A stretch of DNA of 40,000 nt from Pseudomonas fluorescens (GCF_902497995.1 NZ_CABVII010000016.1:119158-159157); one strand, 5' to 3'. Shown: positions 1 through 9,309, counted from the stretch's first letter. Program-made: numbers and translations. Notes: generated by a model not told the origin, from the sequence alone.

Positions 1-144
1 CACGGCCGAGCGCTTGAGCAACGCGACAGGCGAATCGCGCCTGTCATGACACGGAAAAACTGCCGGCGACCTTGGCGGCGGCAGCCATAGGGCGGCAGTC
101 GTCTGCCGCCCGGCTGTCGAGCCTTCATGAGCGCGTTGATCGGC

Positions 145-558
145 TCACTTTTTGATCGGTGTAACCAGCACCTTTTCATCGGTGTCGAGGACGAACACGG
201 CCAACAGGCGTGCAGGTTGGCTGTCGCTGGCGTTGGCGCTGACCAAGTGCACGGAACCCGGCTCCTCTACGAAGTTTTCGCCGACGTTGTAGATCTTTTC
301 CGGCTCGCCTTTGACTTTGATGCGAAACGAGCCCTCCAGCACCGTTGCATAGATGAAGGCCGTTTTCGGATGGGTATGGGCCGGCGATGCGGCGCCCGGC
401 CCATACTCGACGACCACGCCCCTCATGCTCTTGCCGGGGATATTGGGAATGGGACGGTCGAACACGACCGTCACCTTGCCGGCGGGCGGTTCAGCGGCCG
501 ACGCTGCGCTGATCGAGAGCGCTGCGAAGACAGCGGCTAACAGGATTCGAGTAACCAT
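145..558 (-). CDS. Secreted cupin-domain protein
   Basis: 137-aa ORF. ATG at 558 with AAGGAG about 7 nt upstream on the minus strand. Signal-peptide-like N-terminus (LLAAVFAALSISAASAA). Cupin-like motifs GPGAASPAHTHP and GENFVEEPGSVH. Confidence 0.75.
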   Translation of the reverse strand: MVTRILLAAVFAALSISAASAAEPPAGKVTVVFDRPIPNIPGKSMRGVVVEYGPGAASPAHTHPKTAFIYATVLEGSFRIKVKGEPEKIYNVGENFVEEPGSVHLVSANASDSQPARLLAVFVLDTDEKVLVTPIKK

Positions 559-600
559 GGGGTTGCTCCTTGGTGGGTAGGGAGGTGATGGCGCGAACCG

Positions 601-1353
601 TTACCGGGCCGCCGACTGAGCGATCCAGTCTTCGAAACGGATCGCCCCCAGGTGTGGGTTCTTGCCGGGAACCAGCGATTGATCGTCCAGCACGGCGCCG
701 AAGTAACGCGCGTGCACGTCCGGCACGACCTTGCGGCTGTCCTGGGTTGCCCGCAGAAAGCGCCTGGCCAGTTCGTCGAGGGGCATGGCTTCGGGACCTG
801 CGACTTCGACCGTGCCATTGACCGGCGCTGCCAGCGCGACATCGGCGAGCGCCGCCACCACGTCGTCGGACGCGATCGGCTGGATCAGCGCCGGCGACAC
901 GCAAATCTCTTCGCCGACGGTGAACGACTGGACAATGCCGCCGACAAACTCGAAAAATTGCGTGGCGCGCAGTAGGGTGTAAGGAATGCCGGACGCCTTG
1001 ATCAGGTTTTCCTGCGCGACCTTGGCCCGGAAATAACCGGCCTCGGGCACCCGCTCGCTGCCGACAATCGACAGGGCAACGTGATGACGAACCCCGGCCG
1101 CCGCTTCGGCGGCCAACAGGTTGCGGCTCGACGTCTCGAAGAAATCGAGCACGGCCTGGTCCTCCCACGACGGCGCGTTCGCCACGTCGACAACGACATC
1201 AGCGCCATCCATCGCCTGGGCCAGGCCTTCGCGGGTGATGCTGTTCACGCCGGTACTGGGGCTGGCGGCGAGCGCGTCATGGCCGCGCGCGCGGAGGGTG
1301 TTCACAAGTTTCGATCCGATGAGCCCGGAGCCTCCGATGACGACGATCTTCAT
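601..1353 (-). CDS. NAD(P)H-binding atypical SDR (NmrA-like) oxidoreductase
   Basis: The ORF track gives 601..1383. I moved the start to ATG 1353 (MKIVVIGGSGLIGSKL Rossmann motif at the N-terminus, GGAGA SD upstream). Length and the TLLRATQFFEF-type region fit the NmrA-like family. Confidence 0.85.
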   Translation of the reverse strand: MKIVVIGGSGLIGSKLVNTLRARGHDALAASPSTGVNSITREGLAQAMDGADVVVDVANAPSWEDQAVLDFFETSSRNLLAAEAAAGVRHHVALSIVGSERVPEAGYFRAKVAQENLIKASGIPYTLLRATQFFEFVGGIVQSFTVGEEICVSPALIQPIASDDVVAALADVALAAPVNGTVEVAGPEAMPLDELARRFLRATQDSRKVVPDVHARYFGAVLDDQSLVPGKNPHLGAIRFEDWIAQSAAR

Positions 1354-1605
1354 AGGTTTTCTCCACTTGTCGACTGCAACCATTGCGTCGGTGTAGAGAG
1401 AGATTGCCTGCGCACGTGAGGCAAGTCCTTGTGCCCGGCTTGGGTTTGCCTTGGCGAAGGCTTGGATTTACGTCCAAAGAAGCAGTTGTTCGTCGAGCCT
1501 CCTTTGGCGCGGACGGTGCGGCGGATTTCGAGCTGCCGTATGATCAACACCCGTTACTAATCGCCAGTCGCCTGGGACACGGAGTTGAGGGCGCGTCGCC
1601 AGGGG

Positions 1606-3198
1606 ATGCTCATCTTGCAATTCGCGTTTGAAGACTTCGTACTCGATCAGGAACGCCGGGAACTGACTTTACGCGGGCTCGTCGTGGCCATCGGCCCGCA
1701 GGTCTTCGATCTGTTGCTGCTGTTCGTCAGCAATCCCGATCGCGTCGTCAGCAAGGACGACTTGCTCCAGGCGGTATGGAGCGGTCGGATCATCTCGGAA
1801 TCGACGATTGCCAGTCACATCAATGCAGTGCGCAAGGCCATCGGTGATACCGGCGAGGAACAGCGCCTGGTGCGTACCGTCGCCCGAAAAGGTTACCGCT
1901 TCGTCGGGCAGGTCAAGGTCGACAACAGCGGGCAAACGCGGCAGCCCGACATCGACGAACATGCGGACTCCAGGCCATCGCCCTCCTCTACGCTGGTTCT
2001 CCCGGACAAACCCTCGATTACCGTTTTGCCCTTCCAGAACCTGAGCGGCGATCCTGAGCAGGAATATTTCGCCGACGGCGTAGTGGAGGACATCATCGCC
2101 GCCCTGTCGCGGATCCGCTGGCTGTTCGTCATCGCGCGCAATTCGAGCTTCACCTATAAGGGCCGGGCGGTGGACGCCAAGGGTGTCGGCCAGGAGCTGG
2201 GCGTGCGCTACGTGCTCGAAGGCAGCGTGCGCAAGAGCGCAAACAGGGTACGCATCACCGGTCAGCTCATCGACGCGACAAGCGGGACGCATATCTGGGC
2301 GGAGCGATTCGAAGGGCAGCTCGATGACATCTTCGAGCTGCAGGATCAGATCGCCGAGAGCGTGGTCGGCGCCATCGCGCCGCAACTGGAACGGGCAGAA
2401 ATCGAACGCGCCAAACGCAAACCGACGGAAAGCCTGGACGCCTACGATTATTACCTGCGCGCCATGGCAAAACTGCACAGCGGCAGCCGTGAAGCCATCG
2501 ACGATGCACTGCCCATGTTCTACAAGGCCATCGAACTCGATCCGGAGTTTGCCTCGGCCTATGGCATGGCCGCCTGGTGCCACTGCTGGCGCAAGCTCAA
2601 TGGCTGGATGACCGATCGGCCAGCAGAGATCGCCGAGGGCATACGGCTGGCGCGTCTGGCGGTGACGCTCGGCCGCGATGATGCGGTCGCGTTGACGCGC
2701 GGCGGACATGCACTGAGCCATCTCGCCGGCGAAGTCGACGGCGGCATTGCGCTGCTCGACAGGGCACGCCTGCTGAACCCAAACCTCGCCCCTGCCTGGT
2801 TTCTGGGCGGCATTTTACGCGCGCTGCGCGGTGAAACGGACGACGCCATCGAGAACTTGAACCATGCCGTTCGCTTGAGTCCGCTGGATCCGGAAATGTT
2901 CAGGATGCAGGTCGGGATGTCGCTCGCGCATTTCTTCGCAGGACACTTCGATGCCGCTGCGGACTGCGCGGAAAAGGCCCTGGGCAACCTGCCCAGTCTG
3001 CTGGCCCCGGTAGCGCTGGTCGCGGCCAGTCATGCGCTCAGCGGGCGAATGGATAAAGCGAAGTCGGCGATGCAGCGCCTGCGCGAACTGGATCCTTCTT
3101 TGCGCCTCTGCAACCTGAAAGACTGGTTGCCGATCCAGCGGCCTGTGGATTTCGCCCGGTTCGCTAATGGACTGCGGCTGGCCGGGTTGCCCGAGTGA
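1606..3198 (+). CDS. Transcriptional regulator: OmpR/CadC-type winged-helix DNA-binding domain plus TolB-N-like and TPR-like C-terminal region
   Basis: The N-terminus (FEDFVLDQERRELTLRG...VRTVARKGYRFVG) is a trans_reg_C-type wHTH. It is followed by VLPFQNLSGDPEQEYFADG and TPR-like helices. The ORF opens at TTG 1585 and the first ATG is at 1606, so the start is uncertain. Confidence 0.8.
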   Translation: MLILQFAFEDFVLDQERRELTLRGLVVAIGPQVFDLLLLFVSNPDRVVSKDDLLQAVWSGRIISESTIASHINAVRKAIGDTGEEQRLVRTVARKGYRFVGQVKVDNSGQTRQPDIDEHADSRPSPSSTLVLPDKPSITVLPFQNLSGDPEQEYFADGVVEDIIAALSRIRWLFVIARNSSFTYKGRAVDAKGVGQELGVRYVLEGSVRKSANRVRITGQLIDATSGTHIWAERFEGQLDDIFELQDQIAESVVGAIAPQLERAEIERAKRKPTESLDAYDYYLRAMAKLHSGSREAIDDALPMFYKAIELDPEFASAYGMAAWCHCWRKLNGWMTDRPAEIAEGIRLARLAVTLGRDDAVALTRGGHALSHLAGEVDGGIALLDRARLLNPNLAPAWFLGGILRALRGETDDAIENLNHAVRLSPLDPEMFRMQVGMSLAHFFAGHFDAAADCAEKALGNLPSLLAPVALVAASHALSGRMDKAKSAMQRLRELDPSLRLCNLKDWLPIQRPVDFARFANGLRLAGLPE

Positions 3199-3310
3199 TC
3201 ACGCGATCCTTGCCGGCGAAGGCGTCGTCATGGTCGGTGCAGGACTCAAGGCCGCCTTCTGCTTTTGCAGTACAACGACTACTGGAATCCGCATGGACAG
3301 GAAAGAATTT

Positions 3311-3334
3311 AATGATATGTTATAGAATATCATT
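3311..3334. promoter_or_regulatory. Inverted repeat AATGATAT-N8-ATATCATT in an AT-rich promoter region upstream of the membrane-protein gene
   Basis: Perfect 8-bp arms read directly. It overlaps a TAGAAT -10-like hexamer. The binding factor is unknown. Confidence 0.35.
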
Positions 3335-3391
3335 TCATCAGCTATCGGTTGTCTACCGACAGCGCCATCCACCCCCTGCCTGCGACTTTCG

Positions 3392-4564
3392 ATGACCCAC
3401 TTTACTCAAATCCCCCCCACCACGAGCGTCAGTCAACGCCTGATGTCCATCGATGCCCTCCGGGGATTGGTGATCATCTTCATGCTGCTGGATCACGTGC
3501 GCGAGACCTTCTTCCTGCACCGTCAAGTCGCCGACCCGATGGCCATCGACACCACTGACCCGACGTTATTCTTCAGCCGGACCCTCGCCCATTTATGTGC
3601 GCCGGTGTTCGTTCTGCTCACGGGACTGTCCGCCTGCCTGTACGGCGAAAAGCACCAGGGCAAGCACGATGTGTCGATGTTCCTGTTCAAGCGTGGCCTG
3701 GTCCTGGTTTTGCTGGAATTCAGCCTGGTGAATTTCGCCTGGACATTCCAGTTCCCGCCCACTGTGATCTACCTGCAGGTGATCTGGGCGATTGGCGTCA
3801 GCATGATTGCCCTCGCTGCACTGGTCTGGCTACCTCGGCCAATCCTCTGTGTCCTGGGCCTGGTCATCGTCGCCGGGCACAACCTGCTCGATCCGCTGCA
3901 CTTCCCGGCCGGATCGGCGATGCATGTGCCATGGGCAATCCTGCATGATCGCGGCTGGATCGAATTCTCTGACAGCCTGCGCCTGCGCAGTTCATACCCA
4001 GTACTGCCGTGGATCGGCGTGATCGCCTTGGGTTACTGCATGGGCCCCTGGTTCTCTCGCTCAGCCTCCACCACCGTGCGTCAGCGCTATCTGTTACTGG
4101 CGGGGGCCGGCGCGTTGATCGGCTTCGTTGCACTGCGCCTGATCAACGGTTATGGCGAGGCGCATTGGGTGGCCTATGAAAGCCCCCTGCAAACCGTCAT
4201 GAGTTTCTTCAACATCACCAAATACCCCCCTTCCCTGCTCTTCCTGTCTCTGACGCTGGGGGTGGGCCTGCTACTGCTTCTTGGCTTTGAGCGGGCTCAG
4301 CAACGCAAGTGGATCAGCACCTTGGCGGTATTTGGCGCGGCGCCGATGTTCTTCTACCTGCTCCACCTGTACGTACTGAAAGTGATGTATCTGACCAGCC
4401 TGGCAGTGTTCGGCGCGAACCAAGGCAACTACTTCGGTTTCGACAGCATCTGGGCGGTGTGGCTAACGGCGGTGCTGCTGGCTGCAACGCTATACCTGCC
4501 TGTGCGCTGGTTCGCCGCCTTGAAGGCGCGCCGTCGCGATATCGGCTGGCTTAAATATTTTTAA
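3392..4564 (+). CDS. Polytopic membrane protein, DUF1624 / heparan-alpha-glucosaminide N-acetyltransferase-like
   Basis: 390-aa ORF with about 10 hydrophobic helices. The N-terminal motif SIDALRGLVIIFMLLDHVRETFF is typical of the DUF1624 family. An alternative ATG lies at 3443. Confidence 0.75.
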   Translation: MTHFTQIPPTTSVSQRLMSIDALRGLVIIFMLLDHVRETFFLHRQVADPMAIDTTDPTLFFSRTLAHLCAPVFVLLTGLSACLYGEKHQGKHDVSMFLFKRGLVLVLLEFSLVNFAWTFQFPPTVIYLQVIWAIGVSMIALAALVWLPRPILCVLGLVIVAGHNLLDPLHFPAGSAMHVPWAILHDRGWIEFSDSLRLRSSYPVLPWIGVIALGYCMGPWFSRSASTTVRQRYLLLAGAGALIGFVALRLINGYGEAHWVAYESPLQTVMSFFNITKYPPSLLFLSLTLGVGLLLLLGFERAQQRKWISTLAVFGAAPMFFYLLHLYVLKVMYLTSLAVFGANQGNYFGFDSIWAVWLTAVLLAATLYLPVRWFAALKARRRDIGWLKYF

Positions 4565-4792
4565 CGGGACACAGGTTCACCTCGGGCGGCGTGAAGAAAA
4601 TCGGGCTGAAGCAGACACCGAGTTCAACAACCTCCTGGCCAACGCGTTTGTGGATTGGGCCTACGTCGGCATCAAGGCAAAAACCAAGGGCTATGAAGCC
4701 GATTTCCTGTGCTGCGGTCGTCCCCATCAATCTTTAACTGAGGCCATGAAACCTGCACAATTGCCGGCTTTTTCTCGACAGGAAGTCCGACC

Positions 4793-5329
4793 ATGCAACG
4801 GATTGTCATTCTGGGCAATGCCGGTAGCGGCAAATCTACCCTCGCCCGCGCCCTCGGCAGGCGCCTTGGCCTGCCCGTGGTGCACCTGGACACACTGTTC
4901 TGGGAGCCCGACTGGGTCGAACCCGACGCCGAGCAATTCCGCGCACGGGTCAGCGAAGCAGTCGCACCGGCCGCCTGGATTTGTGAAGGCAACTATGCCC
5001 GGCGTACTTTCGATCTTCGCCTGCCCCGCGCCGACTTGATCATCTGGCTCGATACCCCGCGGCTCACCTGTTTCACCCGGGTGATCATACGCAGCGTGAC
5101 GAACCGCCCTCGCCCTGATCTTGCAGCAGGTTGTACGGAGAAGCTGGATCGGGCGTTTTTGACCTTTCTGAATTTCGTGTGGAATTTCGATCGTGGTTAT
5201 CGGCCAGGCATCGAGGCGGTGCGGTTGGCCGTAGGGCCGCATATTCCTACGGTGCATTTGTGTGGTGCCCGGCAGATTGCTGCATTTCTTGATAGCTTGC
5301 CTGCGACGGCTGAAGGCTGTCTTGAATAG
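4793..5329 (+). CDS. P-loop NTPase, adenylate-kinase/topology-modulation-protein-like
   Basis: 178-aa ORF. Walker A GNAGSGKST lies right at the N-terminus (MQRIVILGNAGSGKSTLA). AGGAAG SD upstream. Confidence 0.8.
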   Translation: MQRIVILGNAGSGKSTLARALGRRLGLPVVHLDTLFWEPDWVEPDAEQFRARVSEAVAPAAWICEGNYARRTFDLRLPRADLIIWLDTPRLTCFTRVIIRSVTNRPRPDLAAGCTEKLDRAFLTFLNFVWNFDRGYRPGIEAVRLAVGPHIPTVHLCGARQIAAFLDSLPATAEGCLE

Positions 5330-5460
5330 ATGGAGAGCGGCATTCGACACTTATGGTTATGCTGAGACCCCGCGTTCGTACGTGATGGAGGACAAGCAGA
5401 ATCGGCTTCCATCAAGACGTCCCGTGCAGGTCGGTTGCTACACTTTGCGACAGGCAGAAA

Positions 5461-5587
5461 ACGGCCGATTGTGTTGAAAAAGTCCGCACCGGTTTCCATG
5501 GCAGAAAATTACGTGGCTGAGATTGAAATCCTGCATCGTCGCAGGGGTTTTCGACCTGAGATTTCACGTAGCAGCGTGCTAGGCTGA
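5461..5587. repeat. Direct repeat copy A (~125 bp)
   Basis: By-eye ungapped alignment to 7234..7361 gives about 92 of 120 identical positions. Shared blocks are GGCCGATT.TGTTGAAA.AGTC, GAGATTGAAATCCTG and CTGAGATTTCACGTAG.AGCGTGCT. Confidence 0.7.
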
Positions 5588-5611
5588 GTTTCAGCTGATT
5601 TCGTACAGAAC

Positions 5612-6235
5612 CTAGGCTTTGCTCCCAATAGCCCCCATCTCAAAATCGACATAACGATTGATGATTACTGTCTCACCATCTGTGAAATAGAGCTTAGCCG
5701 TGCAAATGAATGGCCCAAAGGCTGAGGTAGTTATTGGAAAGCCGCGGCTACGATCGATTAAGGTGAATATCTGACTTCCCCAGTGCCGACCGAAGTAGTA
5801 TTCGACTTTGCTTACGTTGCTCAATGTAGCGTCCCCGTGCGGCATCAGATAAAGCTGGATGTCGTAAAGCATCCCCGCCTTCGTGGATGGAGCCAATCGA
5901 TGAACCAGATGGATGTTCCGGTTCGGTTTGTAGTATTGCTCTCGCTGACGCCACCGCTCTTCGGCGGTGTCGGTGCGATGTTCGAACGCGGTTTCGTCTT
6001 TATCTGTCTCAATTGACGGCGAGACGTAACTTTGGCCGCCCAGTTCGAGTGAGAACAGCTTTAGGGCTGCTCCTGTTCTAAGCCGCCATGAAAGGTTCTG
6101 AAACACCTCTCGGATCTCCCTTCGGAAAAAAACCAGGGCGATAAACACGAGCAGCACCCAGAGTATCGACGGAAGTGCTGCCCACACATCAGCGGCTGAA
6201 GCGGCGTCAGCGACTGTAGTCGGGGATTTGGGCAT
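5612..6235 (-). CDS. Single-pass membrane protein with C-terminal pYEATS-like domain
   Basis: 207-aa ORF. ATG 6235 with GGGAGG SD about 6 nt upstream. One TM helix (ALPSILWVLLVFIALVFF). The C-terminal ~110 aa (IHLVHRL...DIQLYLMPHGDATLSNVSKVEYYFGRHWG...YVDFE) resembles the prokaryotic YEATS family by eye. The domain call is not HMM-verified. Confidence 0.6.
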   Translation of the reverse strand: MPKSPTTVADAASAADVWAALPSILWVLLVFIALVFFRREIREVFQNLSWRLRTGAALKLFSLELGGQSYVSPSIETDKDETAFEHRTDTAEERWRQREQYYKPNRNIHLVHRLAPSTKAGMLYDIQLYLMPHGDATLSNVSKVEYYFGRHWGSQIFTLIDRSRGFPITTSAFGPFICTAKLYFTDGETVIINRYVDFEMGAIGSKA

Positions 6236-6501
6236 GCGTGCCTCCCATTGCTCGCGAGCCTAACTCTAAATAGACCCAAAGTGGGGTAATAATGCCTTCA
6301 CAGGCTTGGTGGATAACATTCTCTCTCGTTACCCCCTCTAGGCCGCGCATTGAGACGGTCGGTGACCGTTGAAGGGAGTTATGCGCCATTGACAGAACGT
6401 CCAATCTGCTCGATCAGTTCCGGCAACAAACCAAGCATAGCTACTCATTGGCCATCGCTCCGTCCACTGACAGCTTTGGCCGTTTTCTGACTGTCGCGAA
6501 G

Positions 6502-6620
6502 GAGTGAAAAGAGAAAAAGGGGACGGATTTATTTTCCAAAAAGGGAAGGAAAAATCAATCCGTCCCCTTTTCAGTCCCCTTTTCACGGTCCCCTTTTCAC
6601 GAATAGATCCGTCCCCTTAA
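6502..6620. repeat. Composite long hairpin plus tandem GTCCCCTTTTCA(C) copies
   Basis: GGGGACGGATT (6519-6529) pairs with AATCCGTCCCC (6556-6566). An inner stem pairs TTTTCC with GGAAAA. GTCCCCTTTTCA(C) starts at 6562, 6574 and 6588, GTCCCCTT at 6611, and an inverted copy lies in 6502-6523. Confidence 0.7.
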
Positions 6621-6667
6621 CCGCTTTTCACTGGTAATGGACATCCGGCTAATAGAGAACTCGTGAA

Positions 6668-7147
6668 TCAGCTTCCGATCCAGAGCATCGTCTGAACCGT
6701 AATATGCGGATGACTTTCTAACGGCTCCCATTCATCCATGAAAGCAAAACCCTGCTTGAGATAGAAGTTCGAGGCTCTTGCATTGTCGGGTGATACGTCG
6801 AGAAAAACGCGATCAAAGCCTTCCGCGGTAGCGCGAGCTTTCACTACATCTACCAACTGAGTTGCCACGCCAGAGCCCCGTGCAGCAGGTTCAACCCACA
6901 TCCCGATCAAGTTAAAGCGATGCGCGCTACTGACTGCGGCACCAATCATTCCGACAGGCCTGTCTTTCTCGAATGCCAGCCAAAATGCTGTTCCGGTTGA
7001 TGAGGCTCTTACTTTCCACTGTTCGTCAGTGTATGCGGAGGCAGTTTGATAACTGACACCAAATGCCGTTGGCGTGTCCAAAAGCGCGGCGAGTCGGATT
7101 TGCTTTAACAGTAGCCAGTCTTTTGTTTCCGTCGATCGAATGCCCAT
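6668..7147 (-). CDS. GNAT family N-acetyltransferase
   Basis: 159-aa ORF. Acetyl-CoA-binding-type motif WVEPAARGSGVATQLV and C-terminal NARASNFYLKQGF. Confidence 0.9.
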   Translation of the reverse strand: MGIRSTETKDWLLLKQIRLAALLDTPTAFGVSYQTASAYTDEQWKVRASSTGTAFWLAFEKDRPVGMIGAAVSSAHRFNLIGMWVEPAARGSGVATQLVDVVKARATAEGFDRVFLDVSPDNARASNFYLKQGFAFMDEWEPLESHPHITVQTMLWIGS

Positions 7148-7233
7148 GATCTTCCCTGGAAAATTAACGTCACCTCAACGTCTCACAAGAGTGTCGAGGG
7201 AGCAACCAGGCTCGCGTAGCGCAATGGCCGCTT

Positions 7234-7361
7234 CTGGCCGATTCTGTTGAAAGAGTCGGCCGTGTTTTCTAAAGCAGAAAAGTACGCGTGGGAGATTGAA
7301 ATCCTGAATGTCCGCAGAGCCTTTCAGGCTGAGATTTCACGTAGAAGCGTGCTGAAGGCGA
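7234..7361. repeat. Direct repeat copy B (~125 bp)
   Basis: Partner of 5461..5587 in the same orientation. See that entry. Confidence 0.7.
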
Positions 7362-7440
7362 CATGCCTCAACCTCGCAAAACCCTCAAAGCAACCGTTCA
7401 ATGGCAGAATCTCCTGAATTTGATCGTTTCGGAGACCACC

Positions 7441-9300
7441 ATGCTTGGTGCATTTGAACGAAGGCTCGACCCTTTTCCTCCTGACGAGGTACCACCGCCA
7501 CCCGAGGGCCTGGCTCGGTTCCTGTGGGCGTGCACACGGGGCGCCCGCGGCTATATTCTTGCGTTTGCGCTGCTGAGTGCCGCTGTGTCGATATACGAAG
7601 CCTGGCTGTTTTCTTTCCTCGGTCAGGTCGTGGATCTACTCTCGACCTGGCAGGCAGGCGGTGATGCGGCTGCGCAGGAAAGTCGCGTGTTGTGGAGCAT
7701 GGGCATCGTAATGGCGAGCAGTGTCGCACTGGTGGCGTTGCGCACCATGGTGCAGCACCAGATATTGGCGATCAACCTGCCGTTGCGGCTGCGTTGGGAC
7801 TTCCACCGCTTGATGCTGCGGCAAAGCCTTTCGTTCTTTTCCGATGAGTTCTCCGGCCGGGTCACCACCAAGGTGATGCAGACTGCGCTGGCCGTGCGCG
7901 ACGTGCTGTTCACCCTTATTGAAATCGCACCCGGAATCGGGGTGTATTTCATCGCGATCATTGCGCTGGCCGGCGGCTTCGCACTGAAACTGATGCTGCC
8001 TTTCATTGCCTGGATCCTGTTGTTCGGGCTAGCCATGCGCTACTTCGTACCCCGCTTGGGGAAAGTGGGGCAGGAACAGGCTCATGCACGCTCCTCGATG
8101 ACCGGACGTATCTCAGACGCCTATACCAACATCACGACAGTGAAGCTGTTCTCCCATTCCAATCGTGAAGCGCACTTCGCGCGTGCGGCCATGGAGGATT
8201 TCAAGCAGACCGGCTTTCGCCAGATGCGCCTCGTAAGCCAGTTCGAGATCGTCAACCAGGCATTGGTGGTGGCCTTGATCATGGCAGCAGGTGGTTATGC
8301 CCTGTGGCTATGGCACCAAGGTGAGGTCGGCACAGGTGCCGTGGCGGCAATCACCGCCATGGCGTTGCGTATCAATGGCATGTCGCACTGGATCATGTGG
8401 CAAATGACCTCGCTGTTCGAGAGCATCGGCACCGTGCAGGATGGCATGGCAACACTGACCCGCGGCCCCAAGGTGCAGGATGCGCCGGACGCGGGTGTGC
8501 TGGTGACCTCCGGCGGGGCGGTCACATTCGACAATGTCAGCTTCAACTACAACGGCGAACGCCAGGTGCTCGATGGCCTGAGCCTGAACATTCGCCCGGG
8601 CGAAAAAATCGGTCTGGTTGGCCGCTCTGGCGCCGGCAAATCCACGCTTATCAACCTGCTGCTGCGCTTTTACGACGTCGACAGCGGGCAGATTCGCATT
8701 GACGGGCAAGACATCGCGCACGTAACGCAAGACAGCTTGCGCAGCGCCATCGGCATGGTCACCCAGGATACTTCCCTATTGCACCGTTCCATTCGCGACA
8801 ATATCGCCTACGGCCGCCCCGATGCGAGCGACGCGCAAATCCGCAGTGCCGCGGCCAATGCCCAGGCCGATGAGTTCATCAGCCAACTGAGTGACCGACA
8901 AGGCCACACCGGCTACGACACCTTGGTAGGCGAGCGCGGGATCAAGCTTTCGGGCGGCCAGCGCCAGCGCGTCGCGATTGCCCGAGTGATGCTCAAGAAC
9001 GCCCCGATCCTGCTACTTGACGAGGCTACCAGCGCGCTGGATTCGGAAGTCGAAGTGGCCATTCAGGAAAGCCTCGATGAAATGATGCAGGGCAAGACCG
9101 TGATCGCTATCGCCCATCGGCTGTCCACGATTGCGGCAATGGATCGACTTATTGTCATGGATGACGGACGCATCATCGAACAGGGCACCCACACCGAATT
9201 GCTCGCAAGGAACGGCATCTATGCGCGGCTGTGGCACCACCAGAGTGGCGGGTTTCTGGGTGAGGATCGGGAGGTGGCCGAGGTTATGGATCAGGTATGA
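7441..9300 (+). CDS. ABC exporter, fused permease/ATPase (MsbA/multidrug-type)
   Basis: The ORF track gives 7363..9300. I moved the start to ATG 7441 (GGAGA at 7431-7435). There is an N-terminal 6-helix TMD. The NBD has Walker A GRSGAGKST, signature LSGGQRQR and Walker B LLLDEATSALD. Confidence 0.9.
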   Translation: MLGAFERRLDPFPPDEVPPPPEGLARFLWACTRGARGYILAFALLSAAVSIYEAWLFSFLGQVVDLLSTWQAGGDAAAQESRVLWSMGIVMASSVALVALRTMVQHQILAINLPLRLRWDFHRLMLRQSLSFFSDEFSGRVTTKVMQTALAVRDVLFTLIEIAPGIGVYFIAIIALAGGFALKLMLPFIAWILLFGLAMRYFVPRLGKVGQEQAHARSSMTGRISDAYTNITTVKLFSHSNREAHFARAAMEDFKQTGFRQMRLVSQFEIVNQALVVALIMAAGGYALWLWHQGEVGTGAVAAITAMALRINGMSHWIMWQMTSLFESIGTVQDGMATLTRGPKVQDAPDAGVLVTSGGAVTFDNVSFNYNGERQVLDGLSLNIRPGEKIGLVGRSGAGKSTLINLLLRFYDVDSGQIRIDGQDIAHVTQDSLRSAIGMVTQDTSLLHRSIRDNIAYGRPDASDAQIRSAAANAQADEFISQLSDRQGHTGYDTLVGERGIKLSGGQRQRVAIARVMLKNAPILLLDEATSALDSEVEVAIQESLDEMMQGKTVIAIAHRLSTIAAMDRLIVMDDGRIIEQGTHTELLARNGIYARLWHHQSGGFLGEDREVAEVMDQV

Positions 9301-9309
9301 GCGTGAACG

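Noticed and set aside
1-127. Possible minus-strand gene start at 47 (MTGAIRLSRCSSARP...) and hairpins at 25-45 and 89-110.
   Set aside because: Only 15 codons are visible before the window edge, so it cannot be supported. The hairpins are noted but not assignable.
4566-4792. Open frame reading ...EADTEFNNLLANAFVDWAYVGIKAKTKGYEADF..., which looks like a protein fragment.
   Set aside because: It has no start or SD, and it runs out of frame into the next gene. I could not assign a family, so there is not enough to call a pseudogene.
6338-6586. 82-aa minus-strand ORF (…FPFWKINPSPFSLF…).
   Set aside because: It is a read-through of the hairpin/tandem-repeat element, with no SD. The peptide is an artefact of the repeat sequence.
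6562-6600. Tandem 12-14-bp repeats considered as a CRISPR array.
   Set aside because: The units are too short and directly abutting, with no spacers. No cas genes are present.
5461-7361. Direct repeats considered as integron attC sites bracketing a cassette.
   Set aside because: I see no GTTRRRY / RYYYAAC core pair or attC-type imperfect palindrome. The unit holds two genes with their own SDs and a 430-bp spacer, and no intI is nearby.
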